DNA of 64,000 bases from Candidatus Saccharimonadales bacterium (lineage in GTDB: Bacteria; Patescibacteriota; Saccharimonadia; Saccharimonadales; JBBQAJ01). Under the pieces are notes generated by a model. The model ran no database searches. It saw only the letters and a program-made list of their open reading frames with translations, and was not told the origin of the DNA. This document shows positions 1 to 8,607 of this stretch, one piece after another. Both the position numbers and the translations under genes were made by a program. Numbering within the stretch: position 1 is the first letter of the stretch; each line of letters starts with the position of its first letter. The stretch lies in NCBI GenBank assembly GCA_038316195.1, contig JBBQAJ010000001.1, forward strand, positions 27,680-91,679, given 5' to 3'.

Positions 1-1282
1 ATTTTTTATTGGCGTAGCCAACTACCTTTAAGAGCGTTTTTTCAGTTAATATTCTTCCAGCAATATCCCGACGTGCTTCTGGTTTTTCTAATTCTTCTAA
101 CATCTTGGGGTCTTGGTATTGAGTTCTAAGCTGCTGCATTCGAGCGTCGAGTTCTTCCGATGATACGTCTAGGCCCTCTGATTCTGCAATTTCTGCCATA
201 ACTAAGCTAGCTTTTATACGTTCAGTTGCTTGTGGTCGTTTTTGTTCTTTATGTTGGGCTTCATCTACGCCTTCTTCTTTTAAATGCTCTTCCCAGGTTT
301 GCCCTCTATATGCCAAATTTTGTCGTTCTTCCTGTTCCATGCGGTCTATTTGATCGTCAACTAAAACCTTTGGCACTTCCAGAGTGCTTTTGTTAGTTAT
401 CTCCTGTATTAATTCGTTTTCATAAAGTCTGTCTGCCTGTTGTTCGCGTTCTATCCCCAATTGTTTTTTGATATCGGCTTTTAGTTCAGAAATATTTTTA
501 AAAGGCCCTATAGTTTTAGCAAAATGATCATCAAATTTTGGAGGTTTTACTTCTTGTACTTTTGTAACGCTCACTTTAAATGTTACATTTTTAGATGCAA
601 GCGCTTTGACTCCATAATCTTTTGGGAATTTCAGAGTAAATGTTTTATCTTGAGTTGCTTTGAGGCCAACCAGGTTTTCTTCAAAACCCGGGATAAAGGC
701 ATTACTTCCAAGTAATAATGGATAGTCCTTTCCGTCAGCTCCGTTTACTGCATTGCCTTTATCATCTTCTCCCATAAAATCTATATATAATTGATCTCCA
801 TTTTTAGCCATTCGATCTACGTCAGACTTAACAGCAGCTCGCTCAAGAAGCGACTTCACCACATCATCTATATCTTTTGCTGTAATTGTAACTTTAGGTT
901 TAGTTTTTTTTACTTTTTTGTAATCACTGAGTTTAATTTCACCTACAATTGGGACATTTGCTTCAAATTCTAACGTAGTAAATGGAACAAACTTCTTGAC
1001 AGCTATTTGTGGTCGATCTACCGGACGAAGCTTGTTTGACTGTAGGGCTTGAGTATAGAGTTGCTCAACTGCTTCTTCTAGGAATTTGCTTTGTAAAGAT
1101 TCTTGATTTACGTGTTTTTCTAATATGTTGCTTGGAACTTTACCTTCTCGAAAGCCCGGCACTTTTATGCTAGTTTTAAAGTGTTCTAGTACGTGCTCTT
1201 TGATGAATTTCAGTTCTTCTGGATTTGCTATTATTGTGATTCCAGCTTCTGTATTAGTTGGGTGATTGATTTTTACTTGCAT
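1..1282 (-). CDS. tig: Trigger factor (partial; C-terminus runs off window start)
   Basis: Minus-strand ATG at 1282..1280 opens a frame that continues to position 1 with no stop, so it is absent from the ORF track. The translation reads MQVKINHPTNTEAGITIIANPEELKFIKEHVLEHFKTSIKVPGFREGKVPSNILEKH... and carries the GFReGKVP trigger-factor signature and a PPIase-like middle region. Confidence 0.85.
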   Translation of the reverse strand, partial: MQVKINHPTNTEAGITIIANPEELKFIKEHVLEHFKTSIKVPGFREGKVPSNILEKHVNQESLQSKFLEEAVEQLYTQALQSNKLRPVDRPQIAVKKFVPFTTLEFEANVPIVGEIKLSDYKKVKKTKPKVTITAKDIDDVVKSLLERAAVKSDVDRMAKNGDQLYIDFMGEDDKGNAVNGADGKDYPLLLGSNAFIPGFEENLVGLKATQDKTFTLKFPKDYGVKALASKNVTFKVSVTKVQEVKPPKFDDHFAKTIGPFKNISELKADIKKQLGIEREQQADRLYENELIQEITNKSTLEVPKVLVDDQIDRMEQEERQNLAYRGQTWEEHLKEEGVDEAQHKEQKRPQATERIKASLVMAEIAESEGLDVSSEELDARMQQLRTQYQDPKMLEELEKPEARRDIAGRILTEKTLLKVVGYANKK

Positions 1283-1304
1283 ATAGTCGCGTATTCTAGC
1301 ACTT

Positions 1305-1754
1305 TCAGATGAGAATTGCCAATATAGCTAAAGCGCAACTAGCCCAAACAATTTCTACGACGGATCCTATTGGTTTTTCGAACCACTGTATTCTATTTGC
1401 AAATCGTTCATATAAATTTGGTTTGAAAGATTTGTTTTGACGAATTGCCGAGAATCTTCGGTATGAAACTAGATCCGGTGACGCTGCTAAGAATGCGCAT
1501 ACCGATGGGACTAACCAAAAATTTGGACTACGGAATCGCAAAAACACAACTATAGATACACACAAAACGAATTCAGATATTAAATATTTTTCAAACCAGC
1601 TATTTTTTATATGTGAATTGTCGACGCCGTTTGGTCCAAAATGAGGTATTGCGTCAATTACAAAATGCGACAATAGGGCCACTATAAATGCTAATGGAGT
1701 ACCAACCGTAAATCCAATTATTGCACCGGTAAGCGAATGATTAACTGCAGTCAC
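1305..1754 (-). CDS. DUF457/YdjM-like membrane-bound metal-dependent hydrolase (149 aa)
   Basis: N-terminus MTAVNHSLTGAIIG and motif LSHFVIDAIPHFG resemble the E. coli YdjM motifs MTAEGHLLFSIA and LSHILADMLTPAG. Three to four hydrophobic helices. Overlaps the hisS stop by 4 nt. A paralog lies at 51469..51918. Confidence 0.5.
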   Translation of the reverse strand: MTAVNHSLTGAIIGFTVGTPLAFIVALLSHFVIDAIPHFGPNGVDNSHIKNSWFEKYLISEFVLCVSIVVFLRFRSPNFWLVPSVCAFLAASPDLVSYRRFSAIRQNKSFKPNLYERFANRIQWFEKPIGSVVEIVWASCALAILAILI

Positions 1755-3058
1755 TTTTTACGAAAATCTTTCACTATGCTTGCTATTCGCTCTAGCCCAT
1801 GCTTTTCTTCGCGACCTGTAAGTAGATCTTTTAGCGTAAACTGTTCTGATTCTAGTTCTTGTTCACCTATAAAGAGTGCATATTTAATTTCTTTTTTGTC
1901 AGCTGATTTTAGTTGCTTATCTATTTTTCTGCCGGTAGTATCAACAGCTACATTTATGCCCATTTCTCTTAACGATTTGATAGTTTTTTGAATCTTTTCA
2001 AATACATCACCAACTAATACTACATATAGGTCAGTTTCTGAATTCAAGTCTGGCAGTAAGCCATGTGTTTGCAGGAAATTTCTGAGCGTTATGTCCCCCA
2101 TAGCAAAGCCAGCTGCAGCAATAGACTCAACACCAAACATACTCACTAATCCATCGTAACGACCACCACCAAACATACTGCGATTGTTTTCTGGATCATT
2201 GTCGAACACTTCAAATGATATGTCAGTATAGTATTCAAATCCTCTCATGAGAGTTGGGTCATATACCACGTTTGTAATTCCTGCACTTTCCAGCATATCC
2301 GTAAGTCGCCGTAGTTCCTCAATCGACTTGTTATTCTGTATGGCTTCAGGAATATCATTTATAGATTTGACTTTTAGAAAATCTAGCAGTCGTCCATTTA
2401 CACCCGCATCACGTTGTGATGGGCTGCAAATAGCATCTAATTGACCAACGAAAGCCGGATAATCCATTTTTAGCATACGGTCAATCAACCTGCTTGCTGT
2501 CTGTGCCTGGGTAGCGTCAAACCCTATGTATTCCTGAAGTAAACTATCCATGAATTTACGACTGTTAAGATTGATTGTGTACATATCACGCTTCGCGCCA
2601 TATGCTTGCATTAATTGGTCGGCAATCGTGACTATTTCATAGTCAGCCGGTAAACCATCTACGCCAAAAATATCTACGTTTAATTGGTAGAATTCTCGCC
2701 CCCGGCCCCTCTGAGTCCGTTCATATCGCCAACATTGGGGAATCGAGTACCAGCGAAGGGGATAAGGCGCTTCTTGACGTATAGCTGCTACCATACGGCT
2801 AACAGTTGGTGTCATTTCCGTGCGTAATGTCAGAGCTCTGTCACTTCGGTCTTTAAAAGAGTAGGTCTGATCGTCAATGATTTCTTGGTTACCTTTGTTT
2901 AAGTAAAGTTCTGTTGGTTCCAAGATTGGTGCGTCGTATTCTTCGTAGCCAAATCGCTCGCAAACAGACCTCATGACCTTATAAAGGTATTTCTGTAGTC
3001 TCATGTCTTCGGGGTAAAAATCACGCGCCCCTTTAACTGGTTGTGTACCTAGTGTCAT
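1751..3058 (-). CDS. hisS: Histidine--tRNA ligase
   Basis: Class II aaRS motifs are present: motif 2 RYERTQRGRGREFYQLNVDIFG, motif 3 GGGRYDGLVSMFG...AAGFAMG. A C-terminal anticodon-binding domain is present, so this is not HisZ. 435 aa. Confidence 0.85.
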   Translation of the reverse strand: MTLGTQPVKGARDFYPEDMRLQKYLYKVMRSVCERFGYEEYDAPILEPTELYLNKGNQEIIDDQTYSFKDRSDRALTLRTEMTPTVSRMVAAIRQEAPYPLRWYSIPQCWRYERTQRGRGREFYQLNVDIFGVDGLPADYEIVTIADQLMQAYGAKRDMYTINLNSRKFMDSLLQEYIGFDATQAQTASRLIDRMLKMDYPAFVGQLDAICSPSQRDAGVNGRLLDFLKVKSINDIPEAIQNNKSIEELRRLTDMLESAGITNVVYDPTLMRGFEYYTDISFEVFDNDPENNRSMFGGGRYDGLVSMFGVESIAAAGFAMGDITLRNFLQTHGLLPDLNSETDLYVVLVGDVFEKIQKTIKSLREMGINVAVDTTGRKIDKQLKSADKKEIKYALFIGEQELESEQFTLKDLLTGREEKHGLERIASIVKDFRKK

Positions 3059-3078
3059 AGTTTTCCTCCATTTTACGT

Positions 3079-3462
3079 TTATTCTTCTCCTCTAGCAACT
3101 TCAAAACAAGAATTAGCTCCGGTGTGACAAGTGGGCCCCGTTGGCTCTACATCTAAAAGCAAACTATCGGCGTCACAGTCTGTGTATGCAGCTCTTAGCA
3201 GTAGAAGATTGCCACTTTCTTCCCCCTTAGTCCATAGTCTCTGCTTAGAACGCGACCAAAAGGTCACATTTCTTGTTTGAAATGTAATATCTACCGCGTC
3301 TCGATTTGCCCATCCTTGCATTCTTATGGCAGCCAGTCCGTCAATTGCAATCCTATTTCGGTCAACGACATAAACTGGTAGCAAAAGTTCTGACGAATTT
3401 TGTTTTTCAATCATTCCGTAAACCAATTCGTTAGAAGATGTAACTACTCTAAGCTGATTCAT
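3079..3462 (-). CDS. hisI: Phosphoribosyl-AMP cyclohydrolase (HisI only, no HisE domain)
   Basis: Motifs WTKGEESGN and DCDADSLLLDVEPTGPTCHTGANSCF match HisI. 127 aa. Confidence 0.8.
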   Translation of the reverse strand: MNQLRVVTSSNELVYGMIEKQNSSELLLPVYVVDRNRIAIDGLAAIRMQGWANRDAVDITFQTRNVTFWSRSKQRLWTKGEESGNLLLLRAAYTDCDADSLLLDVEPTGPTCHTGANSCFEVARGEE

Positions 3463-4120
3463 ATTTGACCCCCATCGCTGCTCTAGTCTGAACTAAAAGT
3501 TCAGGATATGTCGGCAATAAGCTATCTACAATTACAAATCCGTTTTCTCTCAATGTTTCGCCCGAACACACCAAATCAACTGCCGGCATATTCAAAGTAT
3601 CAGCAATCGCTTCAACCCCACCATCAACGATAACCTTAGCAATTAGCTTACATCCAGCTGTGCTACCTATTGAATTTACATAGTTTGGATATGCCGTTAC
3701 AACGCCAAGATCGCGAGCACCTCTCCTTGCGAGCATCCGAAAATTTTCAATATCCATTTCCTCGCGGGCAATTAAAGCAACTGTTCCTAATTTTTTCTCA
3801 CCAAGCCTTTGCCACCCTATCGTTGGAGTATTGGGTGTATTTTCATACTCTTTGCGCCACTCCGTACCCGTCATCCCAATAGTTTTAGTGTTCGGTTGCG
3901 AATTGCTCAAAGCTCCGAGGATGGCCGGGATATTTCTACCACGAAACCACACGAATGTTCTGTTTGCAGTTTTTATCGTCCTTTTTCGGCCGTTCATTTC
4001 TGGCACCTCACAACCAGTTACGGTCTGAAATGCATCAATAAATGGTTGCTGATACCTATCGGGCATCAATACACGCTCTGAACAAGCCACTGCATCTATT
4101 ATATTTTCTAAATTATTCAC
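3449..4120 (-). CDS. hisG: ATP phosphoribosyltransferase, short form (HisG-S)
   Basis: GSTAGCKLIAKVIVDGGVEAIADTLNMPAVDLVCSGETLRENGF matches the HisG PRPP-binding region, and IGMTGTEWRKE matches the HisG N-domain. GTG start with an AGGGAG Shine-Dalgarno 7 nt upstream. 223 aa and no C-terminal regulatory domain. Confidence 0.8.
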   Translation of the reverse strand: MNNLENIIDAVACSERVLMPDRYQQPFIDAFQTVTGCEVPEMNGRKRTIKTANRTFVWFRGRNIPAILGALSNSQPNTKTIGMTGTEWRKEYENTPNTPTIGWQRLGEKKLGTVALIAREEMDIENFRMLARRGARDLGVVTAYPNYVNSIGSTAGCKLIAKVIVDGGVEAIADTLNMPAVDLVCSGETLRENGFVIVDSLLPTYPELLVQTRAAMGVKYESA

Positions 4121-4173
4121 TATATATCTCCCTAAATTTTATTAGTTAAAATTCGCCTGAATAAATCAAACGA

Positions 4174-4200
4174 ATATAAAATTGCCCCGACTGCCGGGGT
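4174..4200 (-). terminator. Candidate intrinsic terminator (GC hairpin CCCCG-N5-CGGGG followed on the minus strand by CAATTTTATATT)
   Basis: Stem 4185-4189 pairs with 4195-4199. A T-run follows on the minus strand. It lies 210 nt downstream of the 4410..5144 gene and upstream of the hisG start. Confidence 0.25.
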
Positions 4201-4409
4201 AAAAATTTTTCAGAATAATAGCAAACTAACCGGCTAGTAGGGGCAGGATATGTAGGTGCAACTGGCTAGACTTAATAATCATAAGGTACACTATAACTCC
4301 CTCATCAGTTTATAGCAATCATGGTGCTAAATACTTTGGTTACAAAAATGTAAATTTTAGCTTATTTTTGAGATCAGAATTGAAATTCCTAATTACAAAT
4401 ATTTTAGTT

Positions 4410-5144
4410 TTATTTCCATTGCCAACTAGCCAATATACTGTCTATGCCGACTTTAGAACCATATTGATCATCATAACGACCACGTATTTCAAATCCACTT
4501 ACAGCAATGTTCTGAATTTTATATTTGTTTCCCGTATAAACAAGGAGGGTTATATTATTGGTTGTGCTAGATACAGTCGTCTTCTTGGTAATTATTTTCT
4601 GGGCGTCATAAGTACCAAGTTTGGTTTGAGTTTCGGAAACGATACTATCTGTGTTGTGCTTTTTCCAATTAGTAATAAGCTCTGATAGAGTCGCCACTTG
4701 CGGGACTACGGGAATATCAACAACAACTGAAGCAACGTTATCTTTGCCATACATGTAAGACGATGTACAGCGATTATCCACACCAACGTCGCCGTGAGGC
4801 GTTGGTAAAGCGAACGAATAGCACAAGGTATCTACGGTATCAGCACTTTTGCTTACAGTAGACTTGTTAACATTGGAATTGACTGAAGGCGTAGCTGGAG
4901 TATTAACAGCAGGTGCTTTGGTGGCTGAAGAATTATTGTTATTTTTGTTTTTCGTGGCGTAGACCCAGCCGGAAATAACCAAAATAATCAAAAGTATTAT
5001 CACTCCTATTAGTATAGGTACTATTTTTGACTTTTTGGGTGTGGGTTGCTGTGGTAACATGGCCGGTGGCGTCTGAACATTTGAAACTGGCTGGGATTCA
5101 ATTGCTGGCTGTTGAATTTGCTCTGGTTGTTGTTCTGGTGGCAT
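4410..5144 (-). CDS. Hypothetical membrane-anchored protein (Pro/Gln-rich N-terminus, single TM, Cys-containing ectodomain)
   Basis: 244-aa ORF. MPPEQQPEQIQQP... is followed by hydrophobic IVPILIGVIILLIILVISGWVYA. No recognisable catalytic motif. Confidence 0.5.
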   Translation of the reverse strand: MPPEQQPEQIQQPAIESQPVSNVQTPPAMLPQQPTPKKSKIVPILIGVIILLIILVISGWVYATKNKNNNNSSATKAPAVNTPATPSVNSNVNKSTVSKSADTVDTLCYSFALPTPHGDVGVDNRCTSSYMYGKDNVASVVVDIPVVPQVATLSELITNWKKHNTDSIVSETQTKLGTYDAQKIITKKTTVSSTTNNITLLVYTGNKYKIQNIAVSGFEIRGRYDDQYGSKVGIDSILASWQWK

Positions 5145-5165
5145 TATATGTTCCTTTGTTTAATT

Positions 5166-5468
5166 TTATTCTTGTAGATTTTTAATGATAGCATCTGAAG
5201 AATCATGAAACTGTGCTGTTACTTCGTTTATATAGGCAATAGTTCTTTCTTTTCCTGCTTTTGTCGTAAATTCTTCCTTAGCATATGGTACTCCTAACAT
5301 CCTACTTTCCTGAACATTTTGCTCTGTACTTATTTTGCTTACAGTTTTTGTATTGCTGTTATTATCTGCCTGTCGAGATTTTGCCATAATTACTGAAACA
5401 AAAGCAATACCAATGAATAGACAAACCAAAATTAAAGTTCTTTTGTTTTTATTTCGAATTTGTCTCAT
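5166..5468 (-). CDS. Hypothetical small membrane-anchored protein (100 aa)
   Basis: N-terminal TM TLILVCLFIGIAFVSVIMA. Same strand and tightly spaced between two other envelope proteins. Confidence 0.4.
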   Translation of the reverse strand: MRQIRNKNKRTLILVCLFIGIAFVSVIMAKSRQADNNSNTKTVSKISTEQNVQESRMLGVPYAKEEFTTKAGKERTIAYINEVTAQFHDSSDAIIKNLQE

Positions 5469-5486
5469 GCTTATAACTTTCCTTGC

Positions 5487-7052
5487 TTATGGGTTTAAAT
5501 ATACTGCGATTGCACGTCCAAAGTCATCTAGTGCAGATCTTGCGTTTCCGATAGCTGAAAGAGCAAATGATTTGGGGGTAGCTATATTTTTGCAAACGTC
5601 ATTTTTAATTAATTGAACTCCAGTAATTTCGAGTTTTGCCTTGCTGTAAGCCACCTGCACTGCTGCATAATTACCTCCTGGCCTATATGAACTGTTCGCA
5701 AGATGTGTGAATAAATCGAATATTCTGTATTCGTTAGCTACTTCTACTTGCATTGTGTCGCAATAACTAGCTGAAACTGGTGGATTTACAAATGTTGTTG
5801 TGTTGGAGCCACCACTTACGCCATATTTTGCATCTCTCTTACTTTGTGTTTCTGGACCCCATATGCCGTCTACTTTTGCGCCAACAGCAGATTGAAGAGC
5901 TTTTATGCACGCTGTGCCGTCGCTAGGACCAATCTGATTCAATGACTTAGAACACCCTGAAGGTGTTGAATTGCCATTATTGATAGCGACTTTCGCGGCA
6001 GCATCTTCTTGAGCCTTTTTAATAGCAGCGAAGAATGCTTGCTCTTGATCGTTAAATAATGGGGCATTTGGTTCACTAAATGCCCTAATTGCGCCATGGT
6101 TATCCATAAGCCAGCATCTACTTGTAGCTTGTGCAGTAACATATTTGCAAGTCCCATCAACAACCTTTCCAAGACCACTAGCCACAAAAGGCTTTACTGT
6201 TCTTGTTCCAAATCCAGCAAATTCTCCTTTAGCATTCGTAACAGTACCGGAAGGTTTTGACCATTCAACATCGGAAAAGCTTGTGTAGTCGCATCTATCT
6301 TTGTTGTATGGAAAGCCATTAACATATCCTGGGGCATTCGTAGATCCAAAGCCTACGGGCGTAATACCTCCATGACAATCAAGAATCTGTCCTAATTTAC
6401 CATCACTTCTAATAGTAATGTCTCTAGCAATGTCTTGGCCAGCCCAATATGGTCCTTGGCCTATTCTAGGTGCAGCAGGTGCTGTACCGGTACCAATTGC
6501 AAAGGGATGTAGGGCACCAAAGCCGTCTAACACATAGCCACCACCACCACTAAGTACAATCTTTCTAGCTATATCCCATCCATTCCAATATGCGCCTCCT
6601 TTAGCTGCAGGAGCTCCACCAAATGGGTGTATTCCTCCAAAACCATCTAAAACATAACCCTGTGAGTTCGATGTACTCCATTTGGACACTACTATGTCAC
6701 GGGCAATGTCTTGACCTGAGAAGTAAGGTCCACCAGTAGGTTTAGCGGGCTGGGAACCATACGTATGAAAAGGATGGAGTGCCCCATATCCGTCAAGCGT
6801 GAAACCATACGATCCATCTGAAGACATGACCATTCGTCTCGCAATTGAGAAATTCCATGTGGAGTTGTTTTTCGCCTGTAGCTCGTCGCCGACGGCTGCA
6901 AAGCTTTTAAAAATAAGTGTTCCACCAATCAATGCAAATATAATGATAAAAATACTAATTATCTTATTTCTTTGAAACCACCCAATTAAACCAATGCGAG
7001 GATGTTTAATTTTAGGTTTAACGGTCTTTTTAGTTTTTGACTTTCTGGGCAT
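5487..7052 (-). CDS. Tandem-repeat cell-envelope protein with C-terminal peptidoglycan-binding-like motif
   Basis: The start is moved to the internal ATG at 7052 (MPRKSK...), because the ORF-track start at 7172 overlaps the tRNA-Leu. It has an N-terminal TM. Four ~45-aa repeats follow, of the form GYVLDGFGGxHPFG...P...GxYWxGxDIARxI. The Cys-rich tail contains VDGIWGPETQSK, which resembles PG_binding_1. Confidence 0.6.
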   Translation of the reverse strand: MPRKSKTKKTVKPKIKHPRIGLIGWFQRNKIISIFIIIFALIGGTLIFKSFAAVGDELQAKNNSTWNFSIARRMVMSSDGSYGFTLDGYGALHPFHTYGSQPAKPTGGPYFSGQDIARDIVVSKWSTSNSQGYVLDGFGGIHPFGGAPAAKGGAYWNGWDIARKIVLSGGGGYVLDGFGALHPFAIGTGTAPAAPRIGQGPYWAGQDIARDITIRSDGKLGQILDCHGGITPVGFGSTNAPGYVNGFPYNKDRCDYTSFSDVEWSKPSGTVTNAKGEFAGFGTRTVKPFVASGLGKVVDGTCKYVTAQATSRCWLMDNHGAIRAFSEPNAPLFNDQEQAFFAAIKKAQEDAAAKVAINNGNSTPSGCSKSLNQIGPSDGTACIKALQSAVGAKVDGIWGPETQSKRDAKYGVSGGSNTTTFVNPPVSASYCDTMQVEVANEYRIFDLFTHLANSSYRPGGNYAAVQVAYSKAKLEITGVQLIKNDVCKNIATPKSFALSAIGNARSALDDFGRAIAVYLNP

Positions 7053-7142
7053 GTTTTTACTTTTATCGTAAATTGATATCTGAGTAAAGCATAAGCCAAT
7101 TTGCCTAAAAGTCAAGTTACTTAAAAAAATGTGGAAAATTTT

Positions 7143-7227
7143 TGGTGCGGATGAAAGGACTTGAACCTTCACGCCTTACGGCACTAGTTCCTAAAACTAG
7201 CGTGTCTACCAATTCCACCACATCCGC
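7143..7227 (-). tRNA. tRNA-Leu (anticodon UAG), type II with long variable arm, CCA encoded
   Basis: Minus-strand GCGGATG...CATCCGC acceptor stem. 3-bp D-stem with GG loop. Anticodon stem CTAGT/ACTAG with loop TTTAGGA. T-loop GGTTCAAGTCC. 3' ACCA. Confidence 0.85.
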
Positions 7228-7344
7228 GTAGAATTTACCGATGTATTTTACTTCAAATTCGGAATAATATCTATGCCCTTACTTTAGCGTTTACTATTGA
7301 CACGCCAGTACTTATGTTTATGCTTATAGTAAATAGGAATCGAC

Positions 7345-7968
7345 ATGGATCCAAATAGAAGTAAAAGCCCACTCTCCGCAAAAGATTTGTCAAAACAGGA
7401 GTTTTCGCAAGTTGCAGATATACCTAAGGAATATCAAACAGCAAGTGCTACGGTTACAAATTTTAAATTATCTCACTTGTCTAAAAATGCTATTTTCTCA
7501 TATTCATTGGCATTTTTAATGGTTATGGCATTTTTATTTGGCATGACATCCGACTCTCCAGATTTTGTATCACTTATGCAAAACTTTGTGCTGGTTATGG
7601 GTGGATTACTTGCAATAATTTTAGGTATAAATACTGCGAAACAAGTTTCAAGTGGAATAAAATTTCGAGAACAATATGGTGGTAATCTTAATAAATTATT
7701 TGTAGCAGGATTAGCTTTGATAATTTTAAGTTTTTTTACATTAGGAATTAGTCTAATACCAGGGCTAATAATGCTTTATATCGGTAAAAAGAAAATCATA
7801 GATACAAACTCTGTAGGTATCGGCAAACACACTAACTCTTTTCTGAAAGTTGTATATATTTTCTTTGGATTTATAGGTGGAGCACTACCAGCATTAATTA
7901 TTACATCAATTGGGGCTTATATGCTTTGGAGTCATTGGTGCAATATTAGCAGCTCTAAATGTCTTTAG
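7345..7968 (+). CDS. Hypothetical polytopic membrane protein (207 aa)
   Basis: Four to five hydrophobic helices. No conserved motif recognised. Confidence 0.45.
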   Translation: MDPNRSKSPLSAKDLSKQEFSQVADIPKEYQTASATVTNFKLSHLSKNAIFSYSLAFLMVMAFLFGMTSDSPDFVSLMQNFVLVMGGLLAIILGINTAKQVSSGIKFREQYGGNLNKLFVAGLALIILSFFTLGISLIPGLIMLYIGKKKIIDTNSVGIGKHTNSFLKVVYIFFGFIGGALPALIITSIGAYMLWSHWCNISSSKCL

Positions 7969-8516
7969 ATAATAAAATCTTTCATCATTTTATCAAGAAT
8001 TTCTTCAAGTAACTCGTCTATATGTCCACCGTTTACAAATATTCTGTCAGCATATTTTCGACCTAAATTGATCTCACTATCAAATAAAGTCAATCTATTA
8101 CCAACATTGATTCGAACGCCCCTTTTATTTATTGCAGATCGCGCGAACTCATAACTTGCTTCAATTTGATATATTATCGACTTAGGATAATGATATAACA
8201 GTTGAGGCACAAACGGCGCCCTAAGCATTAAAACTGAAATTTTATTAGTTTTATTATTTAGTCTTGGGGTCCCGTATCGATATTTAAGCCCAAAAGGCTG
8301 AACAACTTCTATGAACTTTTCTTGATTTTCTAAATCATCAAATTTTCTTCGAGTTATAAATTCATGTTCTAAATTTTTCTCGCCAATTCTTCTAGGCCGA
8401 TCAGTAAATGTCGGATTAACTATTATTTTATCTTTTTCAAATAGCATTTCCACAATTGTAGATTTACCACAACCAGATGGCCCGATTATTCCTAATACTT
8501 TTTTGTTACTTATCAT
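7965..8516 (-). CDS. P-loop kinase, guanylate-kinase-like
   Basis: Walker A GPSGCGKST at the N-terminus. TFTDRPRRIGEKNLEHEFITRRKFDDL resembles the Gmk TTRPPRPGE..Y.F.s..F segment. ...RYGTP resembles the Gmk YGT motif. Confidence 0.55.
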   Translation of the reverse strand: MISNKKVLGIIGPSGCGKSTIVEMLFEKDKIIVNPTFTDRPRRIGEKNLEHEFITRRKFDDLENQEKFIEVVQPFGLKYRYGTPRLNNKTNKISVLMLRAPFVPQLLYHYPKSIIYQIEASYEFARSAINKRGVRINVGNRLTLFDSEINLGRKYADRIFVNGGHIDELLEEILDKMMKDFII

Positions 8517-8607
8517 CAGTCAGTCTATAGTATATCTTGAAGTGTTAATAAGAAAATATCTAAAGGCGTGGGTTGGATTGTTGAGAGTACCAACATATCT
8601 ACTTATT

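Noticed and set aside
2247-2444. Many short ORFs (60-130 aa) antisense to, or nested in, long conserved genes: for example 2247..2444, 3670..3882, 3809..4081, 12091..12396, 22265..22522, 23642..23914, 33884..34285, 50417..50698, 53771..54070, 59951..60184
   Set aside because: They lie entirely inside well-supported housekeeping CDSs on the opposite strand or in another frame. They have low-complexity or odd composition and no motifs. These are typical spurious ORFs in AT-rich DNA.
4121-4409. T-box riboswitch or His-codon attenuator in the hisG leader
   Set aside because: No AATTAGGGTGGTACCGCG T-box sequence was found. There is also no run of His codons forming a leader peptide. Only a simple GC hairpin is present, listed as a candidate terminator.
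7053-7172. 5' extension of the repeat-protein ORF (track start at 7172, MKVQVLSS...)
   Set aside because: It overlaps the tRNA-Leu gene (7143..7227) on the same strand. The internal ATG at 7052 (MPRKSK, followed by a TM helix) is the sensible start.
8503-8607. Upstream 35 codons of the UbiA-family ORF, overlapping the divergent kinase start
   Set aside because: Divergent genes sharing 14 nt of coding sequence is unlikely. The internal Met at 8608 gives a normal divergent promoter gap.
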